Below, one piece after another: positions 8,597-18,212 of a DNA stretch of 64,000 nt. Position 1 is the stretch's first letter; the number at the start of each line of letters is the position of its first letter. Source of the stretch: a virus. Taxonomy: Duplodnaviria; Caudoviricetes. The notes beneath the pieces were generated by a model, which saw only the letters and a list, made by a program, of their open reading frames with translations, was not told the DNA's origin and did not search any database. The stretch is from IMG/VR virus record IMGVR_UViG_3300043414_000372, positions 96,001 to 160,000 of that record. One strand, given 5' to 3'. A program made the translations under genes and the position numbers.

Positions 8597-9663
8597 TCTG
8601 TAACTTCCTCCGATGGTGTTGTTACATTACTTATCACACTTTTAGTTTTTCCAGTATATTCAAGCATAACCTTGTCAAGTATTCCGTCTTTATTGGCTTC
8701 CCAGCCCTTACGAAATGCTTTAAGAATTTCACCATCTTCAGTTACATAAACTAAACTGTTGCCTTCTTTCTTCAATGCATTAGACTTCTCAAGCATATCA
8801 GTTAAACCACTATAAGGACTCATGCCTGTTTCATATGGAATCTTAACTTGAATACTTTCAAAAGGTTTTGCATAGCGAGTTTTCATAATCTTACAAGCAG
8901 CACGAATACCATTTACTTCAGCAACCTTGTTACCATCTTCATCCTCTTTGAGTTTGAGTTTCTTCATAGCAACTACGATTGAACTTGCGTAAACAAATCC
9001 TTGACCACCAGAGATTTTATCATCTGGGTCAAACATATCTTGACTTGCATATGTGTGATTAGTAGCAACCAATCCTACATTGTGACTACCAAACATATTA
9101 ACACAGTTACGAACAAGTGCGGTTAGTGCTTTAGGCTTACGACCCATGTCACCCTTCATATCACCTGCTTCAAACTGATTAACGTCAGTCGGTGTCAATA
9201 GCATACCAAGACTGTCAATGACAAACAATACTTTTGGTTTATCATCTTCTGCCATTGCTTTGTATGACTTCATAAATTCTGATATAGTCTTACCCACATC
9301 ATCAATCATAGCCATGTTTAGTTTAAGCAATTTAGTTTCGCTTGTATCTACACCCAATGCGTGTAGCCATTTTTCATCTAAGGCGTTTTCGCTATCAATT
9401 AGTACAACGTAGATTCCTTGTTGTTGTGCGTGTCTGACGAGGTTTCCTGAGCAGATGAATGATTTTCCTGATCCAGACTCTCCGGCAAAGACAGTAACTT
9501 TACCAAGAGGAACGCCTTTATTAAAATCCCCACTGATGAGATAATTAAGTCCATAATTTCCTGTACTGATCCAATCTGTTGGATCGTTATATCCTATGCT
9601 AAGTCCCTCAATAGACTTAGTAATTTCTTTTCTAAATTTTGATACGTCAAATGGTTTTGCCAT
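8593..9663 (-). CDS. uvsX: UvsX/RecA-like recombinase
   Basis: GESGSGKS Walker A, LIDSE, VIDSLG, NHTY, SGGQG. Confidence 0.93.
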   Translation of the reverse strand: MAKPFDVSKFRKEITKSIEGLSIGYNDPTDWISTGNYGLNYLISGDFNKGVPLGKVTVFAGESGSGKSFICSGNLVRHAQQQGIYVVLIDSENALDEKWLHALGVDTSETKLLKLNMAMIDDVGKTISEFMKSYKAMAEDDKPKVLFVIDSLGMLLTPTDVNQFEAGDMKGDMGRKPKALTALVRNCVNMFGSHNVGLVATNHTYASQDMFDPDDKISGGQGFVYASSIVVAMKKLKLKEDEDGNKVAEVNGIRAACKIMKTRYAKPFESIQVKIPYETGMSPYSGLTDMLEKSNALKKEGNSLVYVTEDGEILKAFRKGWEANKDGILDKVMLEYTGKTKSVISNVTTPSEEVTE

Positions 9664-9683
9664 TGATAATCTCTCTTTCTTTG

Positions 9684-9914
9684 TTATCTGTAAGTTCCGT
9701 TATTATAAACGTTGAACGGTTGTTTATCAAGTATATCGGGACATTTTTCAGCAATTGAATCAATTTCCCAATCTTGCGGATAGTGACGTAGTGCGGCTCT
9801 TGCGCGGTCTCTGATTAAACTAGGTACACGTGGTGTACGTCCAGGATCACACAACTCCTCTAATAATTTTTTACCTTGCTTTAAGGCACGATATCTTTCG
9901 TCTGGTAATGTCAT
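9684..9914 (-). CDS. Small protein resembling the BPSL0761 family
   Basis: MTLPDERYRAL...RARAALRHYP pattern recalled from that family; AGGAG RBS. Confidence 0.6.
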   Translation of the reverse strand: MTLPDERYRALKQGKKLLEELCDPGRTPRVPSLIRDRARAALRHYPQDWEIDSIAEKCPDILDKQPFNVYNNGTYR

Positions 9915-9928
9915 AGTGTTCTCCTAAG

Positions 9929-9948
9929 ATAGGGGCCGTAGCCCCTAT
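9929..9948 (-). other. Stable stem-loop after gp32
   Basis: ATAGGGGC-TACG-GCCCCTAT (C-UACG-G tetraloop) with weak U-tract, immediately before next RBS. Confidence 0.7.
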
Positions 9949-9953
9949 TTAGA

Positions 9954-10964
9954 TTAAGACTTGTTTTGTCTAGCACGAATCATTGCTAGAATGTCTTGCG
10001 CTTTGTCACTTGACGGAGCCGCTGTAGGAACTACTACAGGTGAACTATTGAAAGTTGCTTCTGCTGCTCCAACATCTTCTTCCCAACCGGGTAGACTTGC
10101 AGGTGCTGCTGGAGCAGTACGAGTTGGCAAGGGTGCTGCTTCAGGAGATGCTCCACCTGCTGGAGCATCTAAGCCCCATGGGCGATAGTAGTTACCCCAA
10201 CGTTCGTTGTCGTATGGTTGACCATCTACTGATGCTTCAAACATTTCTTTCAAAATACGCAATTCAGCTTCACCTGGCTTCTTAGGCAAGAAGTCAGTTA
10301 GATTAAACAATCCATGTGCTTCAATTGCTGCTTGTTCAGCATCAGTCAATGCTGTTTCTCTACGTGCCCAATTACTTGTACTGTAATCAGCATAGCCACC
10401 TTTACTAGATTTCTTAATATTGAAATCAAGACCACGTGTATAGTCTGTAGGCAATTCCATAATTTCAGGATCAAGCAATCCACTCTTAATGATTGGGATA
10501 ATTTGTGGACTGATAACGAATCTACGAATTGGATTAACTGGTGTCTTGTCATCACCAAGTGGGTTTTGACGTACAAAGCCTTGAAAGATATAACTACGCT
10601 TCTTCCAATACTTGTTTGCCATTTCTTTCAATGTCTCATCTTTATACCAAGGGCGAACCTCAGCCAAGATAGGACAAGTTGAACCATCGTTGTACATTTC
10701 AACGCACGGGACTTGTACTACAATTTGTTTTACATTGCTATCACCTTTAACTCCATTGAATGGAAGTTTGATGATTTGTTTTTCTACCCAGAAGAATTCG
10801 TTCTTGGTGTCGCCATCAGGCAAGAAACGAATTGCGGCTGTTGTGCCTTCGTCCATATTCCAGTGGGGGTAGATAGAATTATCTGATTGGGTGTTAGAAC
10901 CCTTTGTATTTGATTTTGTGTCTTGCGCTGCGATACGTGCGCGGATTTCTGCTAATGATGCCAT
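9954..10964 (-). CDS. gp32: gp32-like single-stranded DNA-binding protein
   Basis: IRFLPD, VQVPC..C, YWKKRSYIFQGFV, GLDFNIKK, YSTSNW; flexible acidic/Pro-Ala tail. Confidence 0.92.
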   Translation of the reverse strand: MASLAEIRARIAAQDTKSNTKGSNTQSDNSIYPHWNMDEGTTAAIRFLPDGDTKNEFFWVEKQIIKLPFNGVKGDSNVKQIVVQVPCVEMYNDGSTCPILAEVRPWYKDETLKEMANKYWKKRSYIFQGFVRQNPLGDDKTPVNPIRRFVISPQIIPIIKSGLLDPEIMELPTDYTRGLDFNIKKSSKGGYADYSTSNWARRETALTDAEQAAIEAHGLFNLTDFLPKKPGEAELRILKEMFEASVDGQPYDNERWGNYYRPWGLDAPAGGASPEAAPLPTRTAPAAPASLPGWEEDVGAAEATFNSSPVVVPTAAPSSDKAQDILAMIRARQNKS

Positions 10965-11083
10965 AATATATATTCCTTATAAATTGAGATGGTCTCGTTT
11001 TTAAATTCGCCGCTTCACCATGAAACGACTAACACGATGAGATAGTATAGCAGTACTTTCTTCTCATGTCAATAGTATTTATG
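10965..11083 (-). promoter_or_regulatory. gp32 regulatory region: late TAAATA, sigma70 promoter (11044-11072) and structured leader
   Basis: ATAAATA then TTGACA-N17-TATACT; leader stem GTCGTTTC/GAAGCGGC with loop ATGGT. Confidence 0.75.
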
Positions 11084-11094
11084 CCTGATATGGC

Positions 11095-11119
11095 AAACCT
11101 CACCTTTTAAGTGAGGTTT
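11095..11119. terminator. Stem-loop, probable terminator
   Basis: AAACCTCAC-N7-GTGAGGTTT. Confidence 0.65.
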
Positions 11120-11137
11120 TTGATAGGTAATTTACCC

Positions 11138-11968
11138 TTATAATTTAACTGATTGTATTTCGGCTACTGTGAATGTATCTCTATTTGGTTCTTGTTCAAA
11201 CTTCTTAAAGAATCTTCTGTACCCATTTGGATCATTTTTAATAAATCTTTTTTTGGTTTCCCCACCTGATAAAAATTTATGTTTATCAATAATTGATTTA
11301 CTACTGCTACACCTAATGCTTAATGCTATTCGGTTATTATTATTTTCGGCTGTCTTGTGAATACAATCTCCGCGTTGAATTAATATATCACCTTCTTCAA
11401 TTTTCGGGATAATTTTGGTTTTAAATATATTGCCATTAATTTCTATTTTTTCATCTGTGTTGTCATCAACAATGGTAGTTTTAGTTTCGGAACTACTATA
11501 AAATCTTTGAGCACCTTTACCAATGATATATTTTTCAGTTTCGTTTGGGAACTTTTTCCTAAGCGCACCATGTGGTAATATCATAACACCATCTTCTTTG
11601 GCATTTGGTTTTACTATGGGAATCCAAAAATTTAAACTATTAATTGCGTCTTGCCATTTATAGAATACTTGATAGTCCTGATGCCATTCTAAGGTTACTA
11701 ATTCAGTATCAAAATATTCTCCATGAGCATTTACAATATCCAATTGAATTGAAGTTTGTTGTGATATGTCATTTAAAATATTTTTTATTTTATGTGACAA
11801 TGAATGTTTTGGTGCGGGTATTATATAATAGTTTTTATTTATACTTCCCCTAGATGATTTTACTTCATCATATTCTTGTTTTAAAAGTTTTAGTTCAGAT
11901 GAGTCTATAACATTTTTCAATACGACAAACCCATCTTCTTCTAAAGATTTAAAATTTGGCAAAGCCAT
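11138..11968 (-). CDS. PhyH-like 2OG-Fe(II) dioxygenase
   Basis: EEDGFVVLKNV start, WHQD, LNFWIP, GDILI...HKT, RIALSIR. Confidence 0.8.
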   Translation of the reverse strand: MALPNFKSLEEDGFVVLKNVIDSSELKLLKQEYDEVKSSRGSINKNYYIIPAPKHSLSHKIKNILNDISQQTSIQLDIVNAHGEYFDTELVTLEWHQDYQVFYKWQDAINSLNFWIPIVKPNAKEDGVMILPHGALRKKFPNETEKYIIGKGAQRFYSSSETKTTIVDDNTDEKIEINGNIFKTKIIPKIEEGDILIQRGDCIHKTAENNNNRIALSIRCSSSKSIIDKHKFLSGGETKKRFIKNDPNGYRRFFKKFEQEPNRDTFTVAEIQSVKL

Positions 11969-11971
11969 TTA

Positions 11972-14248
11972 TTACTTTCTAATGATTCTTAGAATAGCGT
12001 CTAAGTCCTCTTGACCTTCTTTGACTTCATCTTTTGGTATAGCTTGTTTTGCTAAATGCTTTGCCCTAGAATGACCACTGTGTTCAGAACCATCACTACC
12101 TTTAGAGTCTTTAGATTTTGATTCTTTCTTTTCACGTTCAGCAGCTTCATCATCAGTTTCCCAAGGTTCGGTTGTTTCATCTAATGTAGTATTACCAATA
12201 TTGGTATCTTTCATATTTGGCTCATGCTTTGGCTTTTCTAATCTCTTTAACATCCTTGATATTTTGTCATGGATGTTGCCAACTTTATCTTCTGGCTCAA
12301 AGTCATGTTCAAATTCATTAGCGCCAGGATTGCGGCCGCGCATTGCATGTTGAGTATGTTCACCCTCATCCATTTCACCTTCTTTAGCCATAGCAGCTTG
12401 AATAGGGTTTTTCCAATCTTGCTTTAACATTGGAACAACTTCATCCCATGCTTCTTTACCGGCTGCTTTGGCATCTTGACCAAATTGTTTCGCGCCTGCA
12501 ACGCCTTTCTTAATAGAATCAAGTACGCCTTCAGCCATTTCATCTTCTTCAGATACAACAGCCTGGTCAGCTTGATTGATAAAGTTTTCGTTGGCCGCAC
12601 CTCGTGATTGTTCCCATTGGTCATATACTGTTTCATAAGCACTATATAATGCATCAATTTCGGGTATACTAAGATCATACTTGTCAGGGAAATCACCTAT
12701 TGCTGACATTGCTTTGTCAACAGAATCATTGAATTTATTGTTTCTAATTCCGTATTTTGCTATATTGAACCAAGCTGTTTTTATAGGATCACCATAGTGA
12801 CCAACCTTTGCCCAGTTTCCTACTTCTCGTAGACCCAAATCAATTGGTGGATTTTCACCAGCCATTTTTTCATTATATGCGGCTAAACTTGCAACTTGAT
12901 CTTCATGTGAGCCTTCATCCATACTTGTTACACCTGCAGGACCTCTATCATCTTTGACACCACCGGCTTTATTCAATGCTGCACGGTCAGCATAGCTACC
13001 ACGCTTAACAAGTTTAGCAGCAGCTTTGATATCTGGTGTTTGATTTTTCTTTTCAACATGCTTTAATGGATCAAACGAACTTTCATCAACTTCTTTTGCT
13101 GGTGTCGCAGGTATTTTTTGATTACCTCTAGGATCATCTTTAAATCTTTTTAAAGAAGCACCTGTATTGATAGCTTCGTCAACTTCTTCCCCTTCAGGAA
13201 TACCAACTGGATTGTTAGATTTAATACTCTCATCTTCAACTAAACTATCAGCCCACTCTGCTAACTTGTTCATCTCTTTATCAACAACTGATTCAGATAC
13301 TTTCTTGTGTATTCTATTCAATATTGGCATTACGCTTTCAATGCGTGGATCTAATGTTTCTTGTACAAACAATTCGTTTAGATTGTTTTCTTCAGTTCCA
13401 TCTTCCATCAATGATGGTGTCCAATTTTCAAAGTAACTATTGTAACCACGTTTACCAGTCATACGACTTAATGATTCACGCAGACTTACATAGTGTTCTA
13501 GTCCTTCGTTTACTAATGCTTGTGCTGATTCGTTGAATTGTCCATTACGTGTAGCACGAACAAATCCAGCCATCTTTTGATATTCTTCACAAAGATTACC
13601 AATGTGACTCCAACGGTCATCATTGACTTTACCGCCTTCAGCAATATGTCTAGCATAAACACGGGCAATACCTGGCTTCTTAGTATCAAGTAAATAGCGT
13701 TCACCATCTTGATTCTCTAAGAAAATTCTATTGATGTTGCGATAGCGTTGTTCACCTTCTTCAATGACACGGCTATGTTCAATAACAATCTTTACGCTAG
13801 GTACAGCATCACTGTAACTGCGACTCTTACCCATTGGGTAGTAACCCTCTGCTATTTTATCTTTGTTTCTCATATGGTTCCTTCTTGCCATGTCATCTCC
13901 GACTCGGTCTTTGTTTTTTGTGTCAAATCCTTTAAGTCCCTTGGTCATTCTCCAAGCACTTAATTGATCATGTAATCCCCACCAAGTGTCATCATACCCC
14001 AATCCTGGGGTTATATCATCAGGACTATCAGATACATCATCACCGTAATATACAGTTAATACACGGTCCTCATCTATTGTTACATAAACTGTTCCGTAAT
14101 CTTCCCCGTCTTTAGTGAATTCAAATTTGAAAACGTCTGCTTCTTCTGGTACAGGGGTAACTTTACCCCCAGCATCTAATGGTTTTGGTTTATATTTAGA
14201 CAATAATCTAAACAATTCGCGGTTTAATGATTCTGAATTTGTTGGCAT
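11972..14248 (-). CDS. Large acidic late protein, probable internal head/scaffold-type protein
   Basis: Late TAAATA upstream, adjacent to terminase, many (I/L/V/M)-x-E sites. Confidence 0.5.
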   Translation of the reverse strand: MPTNSESLNRELFRLLSKYKPKPLDAGGKVTPVPEEADVFKFEFTKDGEDYGTVYVTIDEDRVLTVYYGDDVSDSPDDITPGLGYDDTWWGLHDQLSAWRMTKGLKGFDTKNKDRVGDDMARRNHMRNKDKIAEGYYPMGKSRSYSDAVPSVKIVIEHSRVIEEGEQRYRNINRIFLENQDGERYLLDTKKPGIARVYARHIAEGGKVNDDRWSHIGNLCEEYQKMAGFVRATRNGQFNESAQALVNEGLEHYVSLRESLSRMTGKRGYNSYFENWTPSLMEDGTEENNLNELFVQETLDPRIESVMPILNRIHKKVSESVVDKEMNKLAEWADSLVEDESIKSNNPVGIPEGEEVDEAINTGASLKRFKDDPRGNQKIPATPAKEVDESSFDPLKHVEKKNQTPDIKAAAKLVKRGSYADRAALNKAGGVKDDRGPAGVTSMDEGSHEDQVASLAAYNEKMAGENPPIDLGLREVGNWAKVGHYGDPIKTAWFNIAKYGIRNNKFNDSVDKAMSAIGDFPDKYDLSIPEIDALYSAYETVYDQWEQSRGAANENFINQADQAVVSEEDEMAEGVLDSIKKGVAGAKQFGQDAKAAGKEAWDEVVPMLKQDWKNPIQAAMAKEGEMDEGEHTQHAMRGRNPGANEFEHDFEPEDKVGNIHDKISRMLKRLEKPKHEPNMKDTNIGNTTLDETTEPWETDDEAAEREKKESKSKDSKGSDGSEHSGHSRAKHLAKQAIPKDEVKEGQEDLDAILRIIRK

Positions 14249-14267
14249 AATTGTATTTATCTTAAAC

Positions 14268-15827
14268 TTAACTTAGTACGGCAAAGAATGGTAAGGGTGC
14301 AAGAAATTCCTCGTGGTCCTTGACATAACTGTCCAATTCAAAGTGATATGACCCTAATTCCTGTATCATTCTGACAGATAATAAGCTAGCCATAATCAAA
14401 TCGTCTGTGTCCCCGATCTTAGCAGCATAACTGCCCGCATGTGCTACAAACGCTTTCAATTCACTGATAAGACTACGACTATTTACGGTTAGTTTTTTGC
14501 TTTCTAGTAAGGTCTTAAACTTAGCACAAGCGGTTAGTTTGCTCTTATTAGTAGTGTTAAAGCCCTTGCGCTTCTTGCCGGGTTCGCTAATGAATGTTCC
14601 CGGGATATTGTTTTCACCATATTCATTTAGTGATACTAATGATGCTTCACCGATGCTGTTATTCTCTACCGAATAATAAAGATTGTTTGGTTCACCTGTA
14701 CATTCAACTATGTATTTGTTTATCTGTGCGATAAGTTTAATCTGTGTTGGGATATCAGTTTTGTTATGTTTCCATTCACCGATTTGTGTAACTGTATTTG
14801 CTTCAAATATTTGTATTGCTGCCGGATCACTACCTGTACCAAGACTTGGGTCTAATGCTACTGTATAGATATTGCCCTTAGTTGGTTTTTGATACCAACG
14901 AACTTGTCCCATACGACTGACTGGTTCTATTCCCTCTAGCATTAATAATGTATTAGGATTGATAAGTGTTTCATCAGCGATAATGAATTCACAACCAATC
15001 TCTCGGTTGAAACGATCTTCGCCAAGCTGTGCTTTCATTTCATCAGCCCACTTTTGATCTCTGCCCGGTTGTTCATCCCAACTTGCTCTATATGCTCTAA
15101 AGCCATTGATACCTAATTCAGTAGTATTACCAAATTCATCTTCAGTTTTATTGGCACCTTTCCAGATGAAAGCAAACTGATCCTCATCACTGTTTGGGGT
15201 GCTTGTGATAATAGCTTTACCACCAGTACTTAATGTTGGGGTAATAGCAGTCCAGAATTCTTTGGCGATACTTGGTCTAACGAACGCAAACTCGTCTAGG
15301 TATAGTAATGTAATAGACATACCACGACCTGTATTTTCAGTAGTTGTAGCACTAACAATACGACTACCATTCTCAAAGTCTAATGAGCCTTTGTTATATG
15401 TTGTTACCCCTGCTTTGATGTAGTCTGGACAGTTTTCATATGCGTATCTTACACGCTGCATAATCTCTTGTGCGCCCGTGTACTTATGTGCTGCGATAAG
15501 AATTGTACTGTCTGGTACAAACATGGCGTACCACAGTAAGTACCCAGCAGCACTAGTTGATTTACCTGACTGTCGCGGCATCAAGCTGATACTATAGCGA
15601 TAGTTATGATAAGTATTGATTAATCTTTTCTGAAAGTCCCATGGGTGATATACCATGCTACCTTTTGTGGGATGCTGTATGTAGAAGAAGTTATCCATAA
15701 AGTATAGATAACCTGTGTCAGGATCGCAGCACTTTATAAAGTCCTGCAATTCCTTATCATTTTTAAATTTTGTCTTTGTATAGGGATCTTTAACTAAAGA
15801 TGCCTGTCCTGTTTTTGTCATACTCAT
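14268..15827 (-). CDS. gp17: Terminase large subunit (T4 gp17-like)
   Basis: PRQSGKS Walker A, LYLDEFAF Walker B, TSTPN, ALDPSLG nuclease motif, DDLIMA. Confidence 0.95.
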   Translation of the reverse strand: MSMTKTGQASLVKDPYTKTKFKNDKELQDFIKCCDPDTGYLYFMDNFFYIQHPTKGSMVYHPWDFQKRLINTYHNYRYSISLMPRQSGKSTSAAGYLLWYAMFVPDSTILIAAHKYTGAQEIMQRVRYAYENCPDYIKAGVTTYNKGSLDFENGSRIVSATTTENTGRGMSITLLYLDEFAFVRPSIAKEFWTAITPTLSTGGKAIITSTPNSDEDQFAFIWKGANKTEDEFGNTTELGINGFRAYRASWDEQPGRDQKWADEMKAQLGEDRFNREIGCEFIIADETLINPNTLLMLEGIEPVSRMGQVRWYQKPTKGNIYTVALDPSLGTGSDPAAIQIFEANTVTQIGEWKHNKTDIPTQIKLIAQINKYIVECTGEPNNLYYSVENNSIGEASLVSLNEYGENNIPGTFISEPGKKRKGFNTTNKSKLTACAKFKTLLESKKLTVNSRSLISELKAFVAHAGSYAAKIGDTDDLIMASLLSVRMIQELGSYHFELDSYVKDHEEFLAPLPFFAVLS

Positions 15828-15846
15828 AATGAGTATTTATTACAAA

Positions 15847-16551
15847 TTATTTGATATCTAATGGTCGTTGCTTAGTAGCAACAATACAATAGAATTTCTC
15901 TTTTGCTTTAAGATTAGGTTCTCCTGGGTTCTCCTGATCAGGGAATTCAATATCAAATTCAAAATTATCAAATTTATCAATGTTGAATCCAGTTCTAACA
16001 ATCAATGCTGCTAGTTGAGTTTGACCCAAAATACTGTAATGATTTAAGTTATCTTCGTGGCGCCTATCACAATCGGGCTGAGGGACTTCAATGTAAATCT
16101 TACCGCCTTGCTTTAATATACGATTATATTCCATTAAACTAAAGATAGGATATGGGCTATGTTCTAATGCATGACGCAAGAATAAAAAATCTACTGATTC
16201 ATCGTAGTAACCTTCACTTTGCGGAATAAAAGTTAAATCATACTTTTTAATTGTATGCCCTTTATCCTCACAGATTTTGATGTCGCCGGGGCTTAATGTT
16301 ACTCCAGTTAAATCAGTATAACCTCTAGATTTCATCTCGTCTAAGAAATAACCCGGGCCACAACCTAAATCTAAGATTTTACTATTTTTGGGAAGTTCAA
16401 GTGGGTCAATGTATTGTTTAACTACAGTTTCGGTTAACCCTTTGTGTAGTTCGCTATCACCTTCTTCATAGATATGAGCGGTGTATAACCATTCGTTGTA
16501 AAATTTAAGTTTAATTAAATCTAGTGTTTTGTTAATATCGATTAGCATCAA
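15847..16551 (-). CDS. Class I SAM-dependent methyltransferase
   Basis: ILDLGCGPG, HALEHS, ILKQGGKIYIEVP. Confidence 0.88.
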   Translation of the reverse strand: MMLIDINKTLDLIKLKFYNEWLYTAHIYEEGDSELHKGLTETVVKQYIDPLELPKNSKILDLGCGPGYFLDEMKSRGYTDLTGVTLSPGDIKICEDKGHTIKKYDLTFIPQSEGYYDESVDFLFLRHALEHSPYPIFSLMEYNRILKQGGKIYIEVPQPDCDRRHEDNLNHYSILGQTQLAALIVRTGFNIDKFDNFEFDIEFPDQENPGEPNLKAKEKFYCIVATKQRPLDIK

Positions 16552-16600
16552 GAATCCTATAATTTGATATAATTACTTATTCTAGGATTTGATGTTCTGA

Positions 16601-16975
16601 TTATTTTCGTTTGTAACCTTTAAAGGGTTTAACTAAACTTGTTGTGTTTGTATCTTCTGGCTCTTTACTCTTTGAATATGGAACAACATTCTTTTTATCT
16701 GTGGGTATAGTTTTAGTTGCTGAAATAAACATATTATGTTCTTCTTCAGTATATGGGTGAACCGTATTATATTTTTCAGCAAAACTTGAGTTATCCATTT
16801 GTACTGCATCTTTACTCTTCCCGTCAGCCATACTCATAGCCATCATCATACGATTCAAATGATATATGCGATCATATCCACCTATATCACGAGATTTATA
16901 AACACCCTGCGTAGCTTGAGCATGGTGATCATGCATTTTACCTTCGCCCTCAGTTAAAAACTCACTGGCTCTCAT
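16601..16975 (-). CDS. Late protein, paralog of next ORF, capsid-targeting-like N-terminus
   Basis: MRASEFLTEG...VKPFKGYKRK. Confidence 0.7.
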   Translation of the reverse strand: MRASEFLTEGEGKMHDHHAQATQGVYKSRDIGGYDRIYHLNRMMMAMSMADGKSKDAVQMDNSSFAEKYNTVHPYTEEEHNMFISATKTIPTDKKNVVPYSKSKEPEDTNTTSLVKPFKGYKRK

Positions 16976-17364
16976 TTTGGATATCCTTTAAAGCCTTTAA
17001 CCGGGCTAACTTTATCTACGTCAGGTGCTTCTTCACTAGACATTGTACCAATCTGCACAGCATCACTGGGTGGCATACCCATAGATCGTAATGCATCATG
17101 TATGTAATCTTTTACGTGAGGGTCGTAACTTACAATTATTTCATTCTCACCAAATACTGATTCTGCTCCGTCAAATTCTGGCACACCGTCTTTGGCACGT
17201 TGAGCAGCACCTTTGGCACCTGCAATTGCTACACCAAAACGATATTGTAAATAAGGGTCTTGATTCTTAAGTGCAGGAATCTTAAATGCACCCGGCAATG
17301 CTAATCCAACATCACGAGTTATTGTTCCAGTGCGACCCTCATTTATAAATTCTTTTGCTCTCAT
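16972..17364 (-). CDS. Late protein, capsid-targeting-like N-terminus
   Basis: MRAKEFINEG...PVKGFKGYPK. Confidence 0.7.
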   Translation of the reverse strand: MRAKEFINEGRTGTITRDVGLALPGAFKIPALKNQDPYLQYRFGVAIAGAKGAAQRAKDGVPEFDGAESVFGENEIIVSYDPHVKDYIHDALRSMGMPPSDAVQIGTMSSEEAPDVDKVSPVKGFKGYPK

Positions 17365-17906
17365 ATTATAAGATCAGTCTCTGTTTGCATATCTAAATCG
17401 TTTTCTGTTTCCATGATACTATCAGGATAATCATTTAATTGAATATTCAATCCTGGAACAGGTTCTCCAATCCAGGTAACCTGTGATGAGATAAAGTGAA
17501 ATAATGTAGCAGCATTATCTGTCAATGGCGTAACCAATATACGAACATTTGAATCAAACACATCCATATCATATTGTGTAAGATAGTTACCGTTAAACAT
17601 TGTACTGTGACCATTCCATTTTACGCCGTCTAAGTCATTAAGTATACTGGCATTTAATGTAATGTTTTGACTATCCATGTTATCTACGTTTTGAGAATTA
17701 ATTTGAAATGTTGCCTGTGTAAATGCATTTGCAGGAGTTTCATATATAACTTGAATGGTGTTTCCCACTGTGTATGCATTGCTAGTAAAAAACCCAGTAC
17801 CGTATAATTGTGAAAAATTATTGTTAATCTTCTGAAAGGCTGTGCGTAACGGATCACCTTCCCCGTCATTGGGTTGTGCACCTATATTGATTATTTCTTG
17901 GGTCAT
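17361..17906 (-). CDS. Virion protein with T4 gp9/gp10-type baseplate N-terminal domain
   Basis: IINIGAQPNDGEGDPLRTAFQKINNNFSQLY; late promoter upstream. Confidence 0.75.
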   Translation of the reverse strand: MTQEIINIGAQPNDGEGDPLRTAFQKINNNFSQLYGTGFFTSNAYTVGNTIQVIYETPANAFTQATFQINSQNVDNMDSQNITLNASILNDLDGVKWNGHSTMFNGNYLTQYDMDVFDSNVRILVTPLTDNAATLFHFISSQVTWIGEPVPGLNIQLNDYPDSIMETENDLDMQTETDLII

Positions 17907-17939
17907 CTCTATATCCTAAACTATAGTGTATTTATCACT

Positions 17940-18212
17940 TTAGTCAGAATTGACCTGCTCAAAAATCTTCTTCTGCCCTGTGTACCACTCTAGTATTGCT
18001 TCCAATTGAGCCGCACATTCATGTCTTGTAGCGTAGTTTTTTGCTACAACTTCCATTAAATTGCTTAATGTTGTGGTTGTACCTTCAATTGTTTGTAAAG
18101 GTTTGCAGGTTTGTGTCAGTTGTTCCGGCAAATCAGGGAACTTTTGCTGCACAGGAACAACAGTGCTACATGCTGACAAAAAGATTACCGATAATAGTAG
18201 TAGTTTTTTCAT
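17940..18212 (-). CDS. rz1: o-spanin (Rz1-like outer-membrane lipoprotein)
   Basis: Lipobox LSAC, Pro-rich, Cys pair, ATGA overlap with i-spanin. Confidence 0.8.
   Translation of the reverse strand: MKKLLLLSVIFLSACSTVVPVQQKFPDLPEQLTQTCKPLQTIEGTTTTLSNLMEVVAKNYATRHECAAQLEAILEWYTGQKKIFEQVNSD

Noticed and set aside
9929-9948. Strong terminator after gp32
   Set aside because: Stable cUACGg hairpin but only a short U-tract and directly abutting the next RBS; more likely a processing/stability element, kept as low-level feature only
383-15827. Introns, inteins or homing endonucleases in uvsW, uvsX, gp32, terminase
   Set aside because: ORFs are continuous and of expected length; no HNH/GIY-YIG/LAGLIDADG or intein motifs seen
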